Virus record (IMG/VR): IMGVR_UViG_3300046171_000138
Length of the DNA: 64,000 nucleotides
Source: a virus
Direction: 5' to 3' (one strand)
Numbering within the stretch: position 1 is the stretch's first letter; each line of letters begins with the position of its first letter. This document shows, one piece after another, positions 16,851-26,877 of the stretch. The translations under genes and the position numbers were made by a program. A model generated the notes under the pieces. That model was not told the origin of the DNA. It saw only the letters and a program-made list of their open reading frames with translations, and did no database searches.

Positions 16851-17235
16851 TGGTGATACTATTGATGTCACCATTGATCTGGGGTTCGATCTATACAAGA
16901 AAGAAAGAGTTAGAGTTGCAGGAGTTGATACGCCAGAGAAGAGAACGAGAAATCTAGAGGAGAAAGCCCTTGGAATCGACGCAACAAACTGGCTCAAAGA
17001 AAAACTGGAAGGCACGTTGGCTGGTGATGATGAGTTGTCTGTTAGGACTGAACTTGTTGGTGGCACTGGCAAATACGGGCGTCTTCTGGGTTGGCTTTAC
17101 ATTGGGGACGGAGACGTGTCGCTTAACGAACAAATGATTGAAGAAGGATATGCTCACCCCTATGATGGCGGCACCAAAGATATGAATTTAGAAACCCTAC
17201 GAGAGATAAGGAGAAAACATGGAACCCTCATCTGA
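16777..17235 (+). CDS. Staphylococcal-nuclease-like (SNase/thermonuclease) protein
   Basis: RVLDGDTIDV, RVRVAGVDTPE, GKYGRLLG and SLNEQMIEEGYA. Start at 16777 or 16759. Confidence 0.85.
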   Translation: MGSMTPPSRKSCYNFRVTEINRVLDGDTIDVTIDLGFDLYKKERVRVAGVDTPEKRTRNLEEKALGIDATNWLKEKLEGTLAGDDELSVRTELVGGTGKYGRLLGWLYIGDGDVSLNEQMIEEGYAHPYDGGTKDMNLETLREIRRKHGTLI

Positions 17236-17425
17236 AGAAAATCAATGGCTTTGTACTATGACATTAGGAATCGATGAAGTTCGATATCTGTATGATCACT
17301 ATGATTATTCTATCAAGATGTGGCCAGGTTCCCCTGCACGTCCTGCTGAAGAGCAAGTTCTTTTAGAGATAATGAAGAAAAGAATGTTTGCTATGATGGC
17401 AGAATACAATTTTACGGAAATGTAG
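17219..17425 (+). CDS. Hypothetical protein
   Basis: ORF in series with its neighbours, WPGSPARPAEEQ. Confidence 0.6.
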   Translation: MEPSSEENQWLCTMTLGIDEVRYLYDHYDYSIKMWPGSPARPAEEQVLLEIMKKRMFAMMAEYNFTEM

Positions 17426-17505
17426 ACAATACACAAATTGTTAGCATTCGTTACACTATTTTTTCCTACATAGTCCTATAATACTTTGTAGCGTAGTGTA
17501 ACACA

Positions 17506-17727
17506 ATGCTCGGACTCTATGTATTAATCACTTGTTTTATTCTACTTGTAGCATATGCAGGTATGGAAGAAACGGTACGTCTATTTGCTTATATCGATCT
17601 CGTGATCAGATGGCGATGGGTTCAATTCAGAATGTATATGATGCGTCGTAAACTTGAACAACAACTCATAAAAGATCTACCTGATTACAATAAACTTATA
17701 AAGGAATTAAAAGATGACCAACGATAA
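17506..17727 (+). CDS. Small membrane protein
   Basis: N-terminal TM helix, TATAAT upstream. Confidence 0.6.
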   Translation: MLGLYVLITCFILLVAYAGMEETVRLFAYIDLVIRWRWVQFRMYMMRRKLEQQLIKDLPDYNKLIKELKDDQR

Positions 17728-18013
17728 GGAACTGTCTAATCTCAAACTTGAGAGAAAAGAATGTCCTAAATGTGGTGCTACTTGGATCAACGGCAAGCAT
17801 GTCTTTAGAGGCACTGCCGCATCATATGACAAGAGTGAACTAGACCTTGCTGGTCTTGTTTGTAATAAACTAGGTGACGAGCAATGTATTAACCCCAGGA
17901 AAGGACAAGATGGTGGAACCACTTGGGAATACAGGTCTGGATACATTGATGGTGTCTATGCCTCAAAGAAAAAATCAATGGAAGAAATGCGTGATCAGTT
18001 TGGAGATCTCTAA
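17714..18013 (+). CDS. Hypothetical Cys-containing protein
   Basis: CPKC and LVCNKLGDEQCINP. Confidence 0.6.
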   Translation: MTNDKELSNLKLERKECPKCGATWINGKHVFRGTAASYDKSELDLAGLVCNKLGDEQCINPRKGQDGGTTWEYRSGYIDGVYASKKKSMEEMRDQFGDL

Positions 18014-18016
18014 ATA
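18010..18016 (+). promoter_or_regulatory. Late promoter CTAAATA (gp17)
   Basis: Consensus 23 nt upstream of the gp17 ATG. Confidence 0.65.
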
Positions 18017-18038
18017 CTAGTGGTGAACTAGTTTTCTT

Positions 18039-19688
18039 ATGGCAACCGATCAGATTTATCTTGGTAATCCGCTACTAAAAAAAGCGAACGTCAAGCAAGA
18101 CTTTACCAAAGAACAAATTGCAGAGTATGTAAAGTGTCAACAAGATCCAATATACTTTACAAAAAACTATGTAAAAATTGTTTCTCTTGATGAAGGTCTG
18201 GTGCCATTTAAGATGTGGGACTTCCAAGAGGAGTTAATTGAAAAATTTCACAGAAGCAGATTCAACATTGCGAAGCTACCTCGTCAGACTGGAAAGTCTA
18301 CGACAGTGGTTTCGTATTTGTTACATTATGCTTTGTTCAACGATAGCGTAAACATCGGTATCCTTGCTAACAAAGCAAGTACGGCAAGAGATCTACTTGG
18401 TAGATTACAAACAGCATATGAGAATCTACCAAAGTGGATTCAACAGGGTGTGGTATCATGGAACAAAGGTTCTATGGAGCTAGAGAATGGCAGTAAGATA
18501 TTGGCAGCTTCTACATCTGCAAGTGCTGTCCGAGGTATGTCGTTTAACATCATCTTCCTCGATGAGTTTGCGTTCGTTCCAAACCATATTGCAGAGTCCT
18601 TCTTTGCCTCTGTTTATCCTACTATTACTTCTGGTAAATCAACGAAAGTAATTATCATCTCTACCCCACAGGGTATGAACCACTTCTATAAGTTGTGGAC
18701 TGATGCACAGAATGATAGGAATGGATATACTTGGCATGAGGTACACTGGTCACAGGTGCCTGGACGTGATGAGAACTGGAAAGCAGAAACAATTAAGAAC
18801 ACGTCAGAGAGACAGTTCACACAAGAGTTTGAGTGTGAGTTTCTTGGATCTGTTGACACACTAATCTCTGCTGCTAAACTTCGAGCACTGACTTTTATTG
18901 ATCCCATCTCTACAAACAAGGGACTTGACATATATGAAAAACCAGGAACCAACGCAGAATATATTATTACGGTGGATGTTTCTCGCGGTATTGGGGGAGA
19001 TTACTCTGCTTTCATTATTTACGATATTACTACAGTTCCATATAGAATAGTAGGAAAGTATAGAAACAACGAAATCAAACCGATGTTGTTTCCTAACGTC
19101 ATTAATGATGTTGCCCGAGCCTATAACAATGCATGGGTTATGTGTGAGGTGAACGATGTAGGAGACTCTGTGGCGTCGATTCTAAATTATGACCTTGAGT
19201 ATCCTAACGTGCTTATGTGTGCCATGAGAGGGCGTGCAGGGCAGATTGTAGGGCATGGATTCTCTGGATCTAAAACACAGCTCGGTGTCAAGATGAGCGT
19301 CACCGTGAAGAAGGTTGGTTGTGCCAACCTCAAACAAATTATTGAAGATGACAAACTTATCTTTAATGACTACGAAATTATATCAGAACTTACCACATTC
19401 ATTCAGAAGAAGCAATCCTTTGAGGCTGATGAAGGATTCCATGATGACTTGGTAATGTGTATGGTGATCTTTGCCTGGTTAGTTCAGCAAGATTACTTTA
19501 AAGAACTTACTGATAACGATGTTCGTAAACGTATCTACGATGAACAAAAGAATCAGATCGAACAAGACATGGCACCATTCGGATTTATTACTACAGGTCT
19601 AGAAGGTGATGAAGGATTTGTAGAAGATGGATCTCATTGGGAGTATGGTGATACACAGGAAGATGTATCATATATGTGGAGTATCTAA
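18039..19688 (+). CDS. gp17: Terminase large subunit gp17
   Basis: PRQTGKST (Walker A), IIFLDEFAF (Walker B), IISTPQG, FTQEFEC, TVDVSRG and HDDLVM. Confidence 0.97.
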   Translation: MATDQIYLGNPLLKKANVKQDFTKEQIAEYVKCQQDPIYFTKNYVKIVSLDEGLVPFKMWDFQEELIEKFHRSRFNIAKLPRQTGKSTTVVSYLLHYALFNDSVNIGILANKASTARDLLGRLQTAYENLPKWIQQGVVSWNKGSMELENGSKILAASTSASAVRGMSFNIIFLDEFAFVPNHIAESFFASVYPTITSGKSTKVIIISTPQGMNHFYKLWTDAQNDRNGYTWHEVHWSQVPGRDENWKAETIKNTSERQFTQEFECEFLGSVDTLISAAKLRALTFIDPISTNKGLDIYEKPGTNAEYIITVDVSRGIGGDYSAFIIYDITTVPYRIVGKYRNNEIKPMLFPNVINDVARAYNNAWVMCEVNDVGDSVASILNYDLEYPNVLMCAMRGRAGQIVGHGFSGSKTQLGVKMSVTVKKVGCANLKQIIEDDKLIFNDYEIISELTTFIQKKQSFEADEGFHDDLVMCMVIFAWLVQQDYFKELTDNDVRKRIYDEQKNQIEQDMAPFGFITTGLEGDEGFVEDGSHWEYGDTQEDVSYMWSI

Positions 19689-19906
19689 TGGACGTAGAAG
19701 ATATGTTCGATCTAGGTACTATTCTTTTTAAACAAAGAAAGTGTAGATCTTGTGGAAAAACTAAAGACTTAACTACAGACTTCTACAGATCCAGACCAGA
19801 TAGAACATCATTGTCTGCCTGGTCCTATGAATGTAAGGAATGTACGAAGAAGAGAGTAACCAATAAAAGAAGAAAATACAAGGAAGATATCTATCCAGAC
19901 TGGTAG
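19688..19906 (+). CDS. Small Zn-finger-like protein
   Basis: CRSC...CKEC, with TAATG coupling to gp17. Confidence 0.65.
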   Translation: MDVEDMFDLGTILFKQRKCRSCGKTKDLTTDFYRSRPDRTSLSAWSYECKECTKKRVTNKRRKYKEDIYPDW

Positions 19907-19947
19907 AGGGTTCGTGCATTGTTTCCCCACTTGAAGTTTCCAAAAAT

Positions 19948-19954
19948 CTAAATA
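19948..19954 (+). promoter_or_regulatory. Late promoter CTAAATA (gp18)
   Basis: Consensus upstream of gp18, followed by the SD AGGAG. Confidence 0.65.
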
Positions 19955-19990
19955 CCTATAGATCAAAATTGGTTACTCAAGGAGAACAAT

Positions 19991-22417
19991 ATGGCAAGTC
20001 AAGTCTCGCCTGGAATTAGATTGAGAGAGCGTGACCTATCCAATGCTGTTGTTGTAGGTGCATCGGAAATTACCGCTGCTCATGCATCGACTTTTCAAAA
20101 AGGTCCTATTGGAAAGGTCGTGAATATCGCTTCACAAAAAGAACTTATTTCAGTTTTCGGTGCTCCCACCGACGCAAACGCCGAGGATTTTTTCGTAGCA
20201 TCGGAATTCCTAGGATACGGCGGTCGCCTAGCAGTCGTTCGTGCTGCTACTGGCGTAAATAGTGCATCCGTTGCTGGCGGTACTGTCGTAGTCAAGAACG
20301 ATGACGACTGGGCAGCAGGTAATGGTGCAGGCAACATGTTTGTTGCAAGAACAGCTGGTACACATGGCAACGCACTTAAGGTTGTTGCTGTTGACCGTGG
20401 TGCTGATCAACTAGCAACACTCACCGCAGCACCTGCTGGTCTCGCTGCTGGTGATACAGTCACTTTCACTGGTGGTAAGAAAGCAGTCGTTTACAGCTGG
20501 GATGCTGGAACACTCACCGCTGCGCTGATCCTCGACGATCCTACTAGCAGACTAACCACTGCTGACAGCATCGACACACCTGACACTGGTGTTGTTTCGG
20601 GTCTTACTGCAGTCACCGCTGGTGGTACTCTTTACGAGACCGCATCTGGTGTTGCAACATCTGGTGGATCTGGTACTGGACTTACTCTAGACCTCACAGT
20701 TTCTGCAGGTATTCCTCTGACACTAAACGGTGGTGCTGGTGGTTCTTCCTATGTTACAGCAACTGCTCAAGCAACCACAACTAATGGCACTGGTACTGGA
20801 CTCACTGTTGATATCACTGCTTCTGGCGGTTCCATTGTTTCTATCGCAATCAATGCCGCAGGTACTGGTTATGCAGTAGGAGACACGATCACCGTTGCTG
20901 GTGGTGGTAACGACGGTACTGGTTCTATCGCTACTGTACGTGGTGGCGTTACTAGCGTTGCCGTAGCAACAGGTGGATCTGGATACGTTAGTGGCGATAC
21001 AATCACAATTTCTGGTGGTGGCGCAGACGCAACTGTTGATATTGCAACTGTAACTGATACCGCAATCACAATCACTACAGTCAAAGATTGGTACACCAAC
21101 ACCCTAATCCCTGGCACAAGTCTAACACTTGGTGCTATCGGTCCTCGTCCTGGCACTTCCCAGTTCGCTGCTGACAGAAGTGTTTCTTATGATGAAATGC
21201 ACTTTGCAGTTATTGATTCTGATGGATCAGTTTCTGGCGCAGTAGATACTGTACTAGAAAGAGTTCTGTTTGTTTCCAAACTGTCTGACGGTAGAAACAC
21301 TGAAGGCGCTGCTAACTTCTACAGAGATGTAATCGAACAGCAATCATCCTTCTTCTTTAACGGCACAGTAATTCCTGCTTCAACACAAGCTGCATCTGCT
21401 GGTGGTTCTACTTCACTAGATCAAACTGCAGCATCTTCTGCTGGTAAGTTGCTCCTAATTGGTGCAAAAGCATGGGACCTTCAAGGTGGTGTTGACGACT
21501 ATACATACACCCCTGCTGAAATTGAAGCAGCATTTGACGAGTTCTCTGATACCGAACTAGTTCCTACCTTGAACTTTGTTCTCATGGGTGGTTCGCTCGC
21601 TACCGAAACTGACACCAAAGCGAAAGCAAATAAGGTTATCAGTATCGCAGCAGCAAGAAAGGATTGCATCGCATTCGTTTCTCCACACAAAGGCAACCAA
21701 GTTGGAACTGCTGGCGCACTAACTGCGATCCAGCAAAGAGAGAACACTCTCAACTTCTTTAACGGCATGACTTCCACGTCATACGCCGTATTTGATAGCG
21801 GTTACAAGTATTTCTACGATCGCTTCAATGACAAGTATCGCTACATTCCTTGCAATGGCGATATCGCTGGTCTATGTGTTGCTACTAGTAGCCTCCTCGA
21901 TGACTGGTATTCCCCTGCTGGTGTCAACAGAGGTTCCCTACGTAATGCTATTAAACTAGCATACAACCCAAGCAAGGCAGACAGAGACGAACTCTATCAG
22001 TCCAGAATCAACCCCGTTGTTGTATTCCCTGGTAGCGGCGTTACCCTGTTTGGCGACAAGACTGCACTTGCGTCTCCTTCTTCCTTCGATCGTATCAACG
22101 TTCGTCGCCTCTTCCTCAATGTTGAGAAGAGAATTGGAGATCTTGCCAAGACAGTTCTATTTGAGCAAAACGATCCGACAACCCGTTCTTCATTCCTAGC
22201 AGCTGCAAGCAGCTACATGTCCGAAGTTCAGGCACGTCGTGGCGTAACTGATTTCCTCGTGGTATGTGATGAGTCCAATAACACCCCTGACGTAATTGAT
22301 CGTAACGAGTTTGTTGCAGAACTATTCCTGAAACCAACTCGCTCTATTAACTACATCACAGTTACATTCACTGCAACGAAGACTGGCGTCTCGTTCAGCG
22401 AAGTAGTCGGTTCCTGA
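19991..22417 (+). CDS. gp18: Tail sheath protein gp18 with internal insertion
   Basis: SPGIRLRERDLS, ARKDCIAFVSP, DSGYKYFYDRFND, WYSPAGVNRG, FDRINVRRLF and KPTRSINYI. Confidence 0.97.
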   Translation: MASQVSPGIRLRERDLSNAVVVGASEITAAHASTFQKGPIGKVVNIASQKELISVFGAPTDANAEDFFVASEFLGYGGRLAVVRAATGVNSASVAGGTVVVKNDDDWAAGNGAGNMFVARTAGTHGNALKVVAVDRGADQLATLTAAPAGLAAGDTVTFTGGKKAVVYSWDAGTLTAALILDDPTSRLTTADSIDTPDTGVVSGLTAVTAGGTLYETASGVATSGGSGTGLTLDLTVSAGIPLTLNGGAGGSSYVTATAQATTTNGTGTGLTVDITASGGSIVSIAINAAGTGYAVGDTITVAGGGNDGTGSIATVRGGVTSVAVATGGSGYVSGDTITISGGGADATVDIATVTDTAITITTVKDWYTNTLIPGTSLTLGAIGPRPGTSQFAADRSVSYDEMHFAVIDSDGSVSGAVDTVLERVLFVSKLSDGRNTEGAANFYRDVIEQQSSFFFNGTVIPASTQAASAGGSTSLDQTAASSAGKLLLIGAKAWDLQGGVDDYTYTPAEIEAAFDEFSDTELVPTLNFVLMGGSLATETDTKAKANKVISIAAARKDCIAFVSPHKGNQVGTAGALTAIQQRENTLNFFNGMTSTSYAVFDSGYKYFYDRFNDKYRYIPCNGDIAGLCVATSSLLDDWYSPAGVNRGSLRNAIKLAYNPSKADRDELYQSRINPVVVFPGSGVTLFGDKTALASPSSFDRINVRRLFLNVEKRIGDLAKTVLFEQNDPTTRSSFLAAASSYMSEVQARRGVTDFLVVCDESNNTPDVIDRNEFVAELFLKPTRSINYITVTFTATKTGVSFSEVVGS

Positions 22418-22443
22418 TCAAATATCCATAGAGGCATAAAAAA

Positions 22444-23025
22444 ATGGCAGGCATTAATTCTTTTATTCAGAAAATCGGTGAGGGCGTCAAGCCCAATATG
22501 TTCCTTGTACAAATCCCCTTTCCTGGGGGCAATGAAGATGATCTCACCAATCTACTCTGCAAATCTACAGCACTCCCAGCATCCAACCTGGGTGTGATTG
22601 AGGTTCCTTTCAGAGGAAGAACCGTTAAGATCGTTGGTGATCGTACATTCGACACCTGGTCCGCAACCTTCTTCAATGATAAGAACATGAGTGTTCGCTC
22701 CAAGTTTGAGTCTTGGTTGGCTTCGATGAACTCTCACGAACCCAACACAGCACCTCTCTTCGAGCCAAGCGAATCTGATGGTTACATGCAGAAGATGATT
22801 GTCCAGCAACTCCGTAAGGATGGTACATCTGGTGATGACGCAACTGGCAAAGGCAACACGGTTCTCCGTGAGTACACCCTACGCCATGCATTCCCAACCA
22901 GCATCTCCCAGATCGATCTTGCTTATGACAGCAACGATCAGATCGAAGAGTTCACAGTTGAGTTCCAGTATTCTTACTGGACAGTTACTGGTGGCAATTC
23001 TGACACTTCTGACTCAAACCTTTGA
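22444..23025 (+). CDS. gp19: Tail tube protein gp19
   Basis: LPASNLGVIEVPFRGR, GDRTFDTWS, FPTSISQIDL and EEFTVEFQY. Confidence 0.96.
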   Translation: MAGINSFIQKIGEGVKPNMFLVQIPFPGGNEDDLTNLLCKSTALPASNLGVIEVPFRGRTVKIVGDRTFDTWSATFFNDKNMSVRSKFESWLASMNSHEPNTAPLFEPSESDGYMQKMIVQQLRKDGTSGDDATGKGNTVLREYTLRHAFPTSISQIDLAYDSNDQIEEFTVEFQYSYWTVTGGNSDTSDSNL

Positions 23026-23073
23026 TTTTTTGACCTGATAAATAGTATTATCAGGTAATCAGATCGATTAATT

Positions 23074-24771
23074 ATGAGTCAACTATTTGGTTTTTTAATC
23101 AAAGACGGCGGGGGGAATAAGGGACAATCCCCTGTTCCCCCTAATAGTGATGACAGTGTAGCCACCGTAGCAGGTGGCTATTTTGGTACATATGTAGATG
23201 TTGAAGGCGTCTCCAAGAATGAGTATGAACTACTCAAGCGATATAGAGACATGTCGCTACACCCAGAGGTAGACACCGCCATCGATGAAATTGTAAACGA
23301 GTTTGTTGTCAGTGATGCTGACGATTCACCCGTTGAAATTGAGTTGTCAAATTTAGGTATGGGTGCAGGGGTCAAGAAAAAGATCCGTGATGAATTCGAT
23401 CACATCCTAAAGATGTTGAACTTTGACAAGAACGCTCATCAGATTATTCGTAATTGGTATGTGGATGGTAGGGTATATTACCACAAGGTCATTGATCTTG
23501 AAAACCCAAAGCAAGGAATTTTAGAACTACGAAATATTGATGCAGTCAAGATTCGTAAAGTTCGTCAAAAGATTGTTAATCCAGAAGTAGCAGCAAATCC
23601 TCAAGCAGTCAAAGGTACTGCACTGCAGTATGACTGGGGTGATTACGTAGAGTATTACATCTATCAACCAAAGGGTTTCTCTGGTTCGATGACGATGCCA
23701 CATAACAGTGCATCAGATTTCTCAACTAATAATGGAATCAAGATTGCTTCAGACTCTATCGCCACAGTAAACTCTGGCGTTATGGATCTTAACAAGAAGT
23801 ATAGTTTGTCCTTCTTGCATAAAGCAATCAAGTCTCTCAATCAACTACGAATGATTGAAGACTCTCTTGTTATCTACAGACTGTCACGCGCACCAGAACG
23901 TAGAATCTTTTACATTGACGTTGGTAATCTTCCCAAAGTAAAAGCGGAACAGTACCTACGTGATGTCATGGCACGTTATCGTAACAAGCTTGTATACGAT
24001 GCTAGCACTGGCGAGATTCGTGACGACAAGAAGCATATGAGTATGCTTGAGGATTTCTGGTTGCCCCGTCGTGAAGGTGGTCGTGGTACAGAAATCACAA
24101 CTCTACCTGGTGGTCAGAACCTAGGTGAACTCAAGGACGTTGAGTATTTCAGAAAGAAACTATACAACTCACTAAACCTACCACCCTCTCGTCTTACTGA
24201 CGACAACAAAGCATTCAACCTTGGCAAGTCTACAGAGATCCTGCGCGATGAACTGAAGTTCAGTAAGTTCATTGGTCGTCTCCGCAAACGTTTCTCTCGT
24301 TTGTTCCATGACATTCTTAAGACTCAACTGATCCTCAAGGGCGTTATCGCTCCTGAAGATTGGGATGACATGGAAGAGCATATTCAGTATGACTTCCTGT
24401 TTGACAACCACTTCAATGAACTGAAGGAACAAGAGATGATGATGCAGCGCATCACTCTCGTCACACAAATGGATCCTTTTGTTGGTAAGTATTTCTCTAC
24501 CGAGTATATCCGTCGTCAGGTTCTCATGCAGACCGAGAAGGAATACAAGGAAATCGATAAGCAGATGCGTGTTGATATTGACAGCGGTATGGTAATTGAC
24601 CCTGTTGATGTTACATCTATGGATATGATGGATCGTCAAAACGATGCTTTCAAACCTGAACTAGATGCACAGTCTGCGGAAGACGATGCTACTAGAGAAC
24701 TAGACAAGGCAAAGGAAATGGAGAAGTTAAAACCTGCTCCTGCGCCTACAAAACCTAAAGCTGATAAATAA
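23074..24771 (+). CDS. gp20: Portal protein gp20
   Basis: YRDMSLHPEVD, WYVDGR, IYRLSRAPERRIFYIDVGN and EDFWLPRREGGRGTEI. Confidence 0.98.
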   Translation: MSQLFGFLIKDGGGNKGQSPVPPNSDDSVATVAGGYFGTYVDVEGVSKNEYELLKRYRDMSLHPEVDTAIDEIVNEFVVSDADDSPVEIELSNLGMGAGVKKKIRDEFDHILKMLNFDKNAHQIIRNWYVDGRVYYHKVIDLENPKQGILELRNIDAVKIRKVRQKIVNPEVAANPQAVKGTALQYDWGDYVEYYIYQPKGFSGSMTMPHNSASDFSTNNGIKIASDSIATVNSGVMDLNKKYSLSFLHKAIKSLNQLRMIEDSLVIYRLSRAPERRIFYIDVGNLPKVKAEQYLRDVMARYRNKLVYDASTGEIRDDKKHMSMLEDFWLPRREGGRGTEITTLPGGQNLGELKDVEYFRKKLYNSLNLPPSRLTDDNKAFNLGKSTEILRDELKFSKFIGRLRKRFSRLFHDILKTQLILKGVIAPEDWDDMEEHIQYDFLFDNHFNELKEQEMMMQRITLVTQMDPFVGKYFSTEYIRRQVLMQTEKEYKEIDKQMRVDIDSGMVIDPVDVTSMDMMDRQNDAFKPELDAQSAEDDATRELDKAKEMEKLKPAPAPTKPKADK

Positions 24772-24792
24772 AATATAACTCTTGATTATAAT

Positions 24793-24978
24793 ATGGACAC
24801 ACCATTAGAGTCTGAACTCGTTGACATTGTTGATTTGATTGCTGACAAGAAGCGCGGCGATGCGTTAGATAAGATTAACGATTATCTATACGGCAAAGCA
24901 CAAGACGTTATTGATCAGTACAAGCAAAGTGTAGCATCTAGCTACTTTGATGAACCTACAGATACTCCAGAAGAATGA
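24793..24978 (+). CDS. Small acidic prohead-region protein
   Basis: Lies between gp20 and gp21 with ATAAATA at 24764. Confidence 0.6.
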   Translation: MDTPLESELVDIVDLIADKKRGDALDKINDYLYGKAQDVIDQYKQSVASSYFDEPTDTPEE

Positions 24979-25619
24979 AACTCATTACAGAAAACATTGA
25001 GGAGGTCAAACTTTTGACCGAAGAAAAAGACGGTCAAAAGTGTCTCTACATTGAAGGTGTATTCCTCCAATCGGAAGTAAGAAACCGTAACGGAAGAGTA
25101 TATCCATTTTCTGTTCTGGAAAAAGAAGTAGGTCGTTACAATGAAGAGTACGTATCGAAAGGTCGTGCGCTAGGAGAACTCGGTCACCCCGATGGTCCTA
25201 CTGTAAACCTTGATCGTGTATCCCACAGGATCACAACACTCAAGGCAGAAGGTAATAACTTCGTGGGTAAGGCAAGAATTCTTGACACACCAATGGGCAA
25301 CATTGCCAAATCTCTCCTTGGTGAGGGTGTGAAACTTGGTGTTTCTTCTCGCGGCATGGGTAGCATTGATAAGCGTGAAGACGCTAACTATGTTATGGAT
25401 GACTTTATGCTTGCGACTGCTGCTGATATCGTAGCAGATCCTTCTGCCCCTGATGCATTTGTAAACGGCATCATGGAAGGAAAGGAGTGGGTATGGGACA
25501 ACGGACTCCTAAAGGAGAAAACCGTGTCTAAATACCAGGGATACATTAGTGAATCATCCAAGAAAGATTTGGAAGCGAGGACCCTACAGGTCTTTGAACA
25601 CTTCCTGTCAAATCTCTAA
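24975..25619 (+). CDS. gp21: Prohead protease gp21
   Basis: IEGVFLQSE, NRNGRVYP, ALGELGHP, GVSSRGMG and DIVADPS. Confidence 0.96.
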   Translation: MKLITENIEEVKLLTEEKDGQKCLYIEGVFLQSEVRNRNGRVYPFSVLEKEVGRYNEEYVSKGRALGELGHPDGPTVNLDRVSHRITTLKAEGNNFVGKARILDTPMGNIAKSLLGEGVKLGVSSRGMGSIDKREDANYVMDDFMLATAADIVADPSAPDAFVNGIMEGKEWVWDNGLLKEKTVSKYQGYISESSKKDLEARTLQVFEHFLSNL

Positions 25620-25669
25620 CTTAATAAATAATCATAGAAATAGCTATAGAAATTCAAGGGGAAACTCAC

Positions 25670-26848
25670 ATGTCAGATATGTTAAAGGAAAAATTTGAGG
25701 AGTTTGTAACTGAATCAGGTCTAGTTGTTGAAGCTGGCGATCCAATGCCAACAGTATCTGCAGCAGTTATTCCTGGTGGTGGCGGTTACGAAGCGTCTAG
25801 TCAGTCCAAGACCGAAGTCAACTCCAAAGCTGGAGCTGGTGAAGGTAAGGCAACTGTAGGCACTGATGCTGTCAATGGTTACGGTGCTCAACAGTCAGTA
25901 ACCGATAATGGTGGTCCACGTCCAGACGGAAACGATGAGGGCGAAGACAATCCTGGTGCTAAAGCATCAGCTCCTGTTGGTGCTAAAGGCGCACAGAGCG
26001 ATGGTACTGCACAGACAGCAAACATCAATGATCCTGGCGACCAAGGCAAGACTCAAACCGTTGGTGCTGACGCAGCATATGCTACCAGCACTGGTCCTGA
26101 TGTATCTTACCCCATTAAACCTTCCTTCGAGTCCCTTGACATGAGTGCAGATGTTGCAGCACTTACAGAAGGTACAGAACTCACAGAAGAGTTCAAAGAA
26201 AAAGCAACTACAATTTTTGAAGCAGCAGTCAAATCCAAACTATCTGAAGAGTGGGCAAAACTCGAAGAGCAGTTTGAGACTCGTGTCTCCGAGCAAGTAA
26301 CATCTGTTAAGGCAGAACTTGCAGAAGAGGTAGGCGGTACTATCAAGTACGCCATTCAAACATGGTTGGAAGAGAACCAAGTATCCATCGATCGTGGTAT
26401 TCGTAACGAAATTACTGAAGACTTCATCGCTGGACTCAAGAATCTCTTCCAAGAACACTACATTAATATTCCCGATGACAAAGTTGATGTTGTCGAAGGA
26501 ATGACTGAAGATATTCGTAAGATGGAAGACAGCCTCAACGAACAGATTGAGCGCAACGTGAAACTTCAAGGTCGTCTAGATGAGTCTGCAAAGACTGTAA
26601 TTCTGAACATCGTTTCGGAAGGTCTGGTAGACACACAAAAAGACAAGTTGGCATCTCTAGCAGAAGGCGTAGAGTTTGAGTCGGAAGAGAAGTTTGCAGA
26701 GAAGGTTAAGACCCTCCGCGAATCATACTTCCCAGCAAACCCTGCAACACCTGCAGCAGAAGCTACTGATGAAGCACCAGTTGAAGGTGGAGAAGTAACC
26801 CCAGCAATGGCGGCATACCTCAACGCTATTAGTCGCTGGAACTCATAA
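25670..26848 (+). CDS. gp22: Prohead core scaffold gp22
   Basis: EEFKEKATTIFEAAV, acidic coiled coil, synteny between gp21 and gp23, ATAAATA at 25624. Confidence 0.9.
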   Translation: MSDMLKEKFEEFVTESGLVVEAGDPMPTVSAAVIPGGGGYEASSQSKTEVNSKAGAGEGKATVGTDAVNGYGAQQSVTDNGGPRPDGNDEGEDNPGAKASAPVGAKGAQSDGTAQTANINDPGDQGKTQTVGADAAYATSTGPDVSYPIKPSFESLDMSADVAALTEGTELTEEFKEKATTIFEAAVKSKLSEEWAKLEEQFETRVSEQVTSVKAELAEEVGGTIKYAIQTWLEENQVSIDRGIRNEITEDFIAGLKNLFQEHYINIPDDKVDVVEGMTEDIRKMEDSLNEQIERNVKLQGRLDESAKTVILNIVSEGLVDTQKDKLASLAEGVEFESEEKFAEKVKTLRESYFPANPATPAAEATDEAPVEGGEVTPAMAAYLNAISRWNS

Positions 26849-26877
26849 TAATTTAACTCCCTAATCCAACAAAGAAA

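Noticed and set aside
17420-17502. NtcA box (GTA-N8-TAC)
   Set aside because: The GTA/TAC pairs present do not have the N8 spacing.
25670-26150. Long Gly/Ala/Asp-rich N-terminus of gp22 as a novelty
   Set aside because: Low-complexity extensions are common in cyanophage scaffolds and are probably removed by gp21, so I had nothing specific to support.
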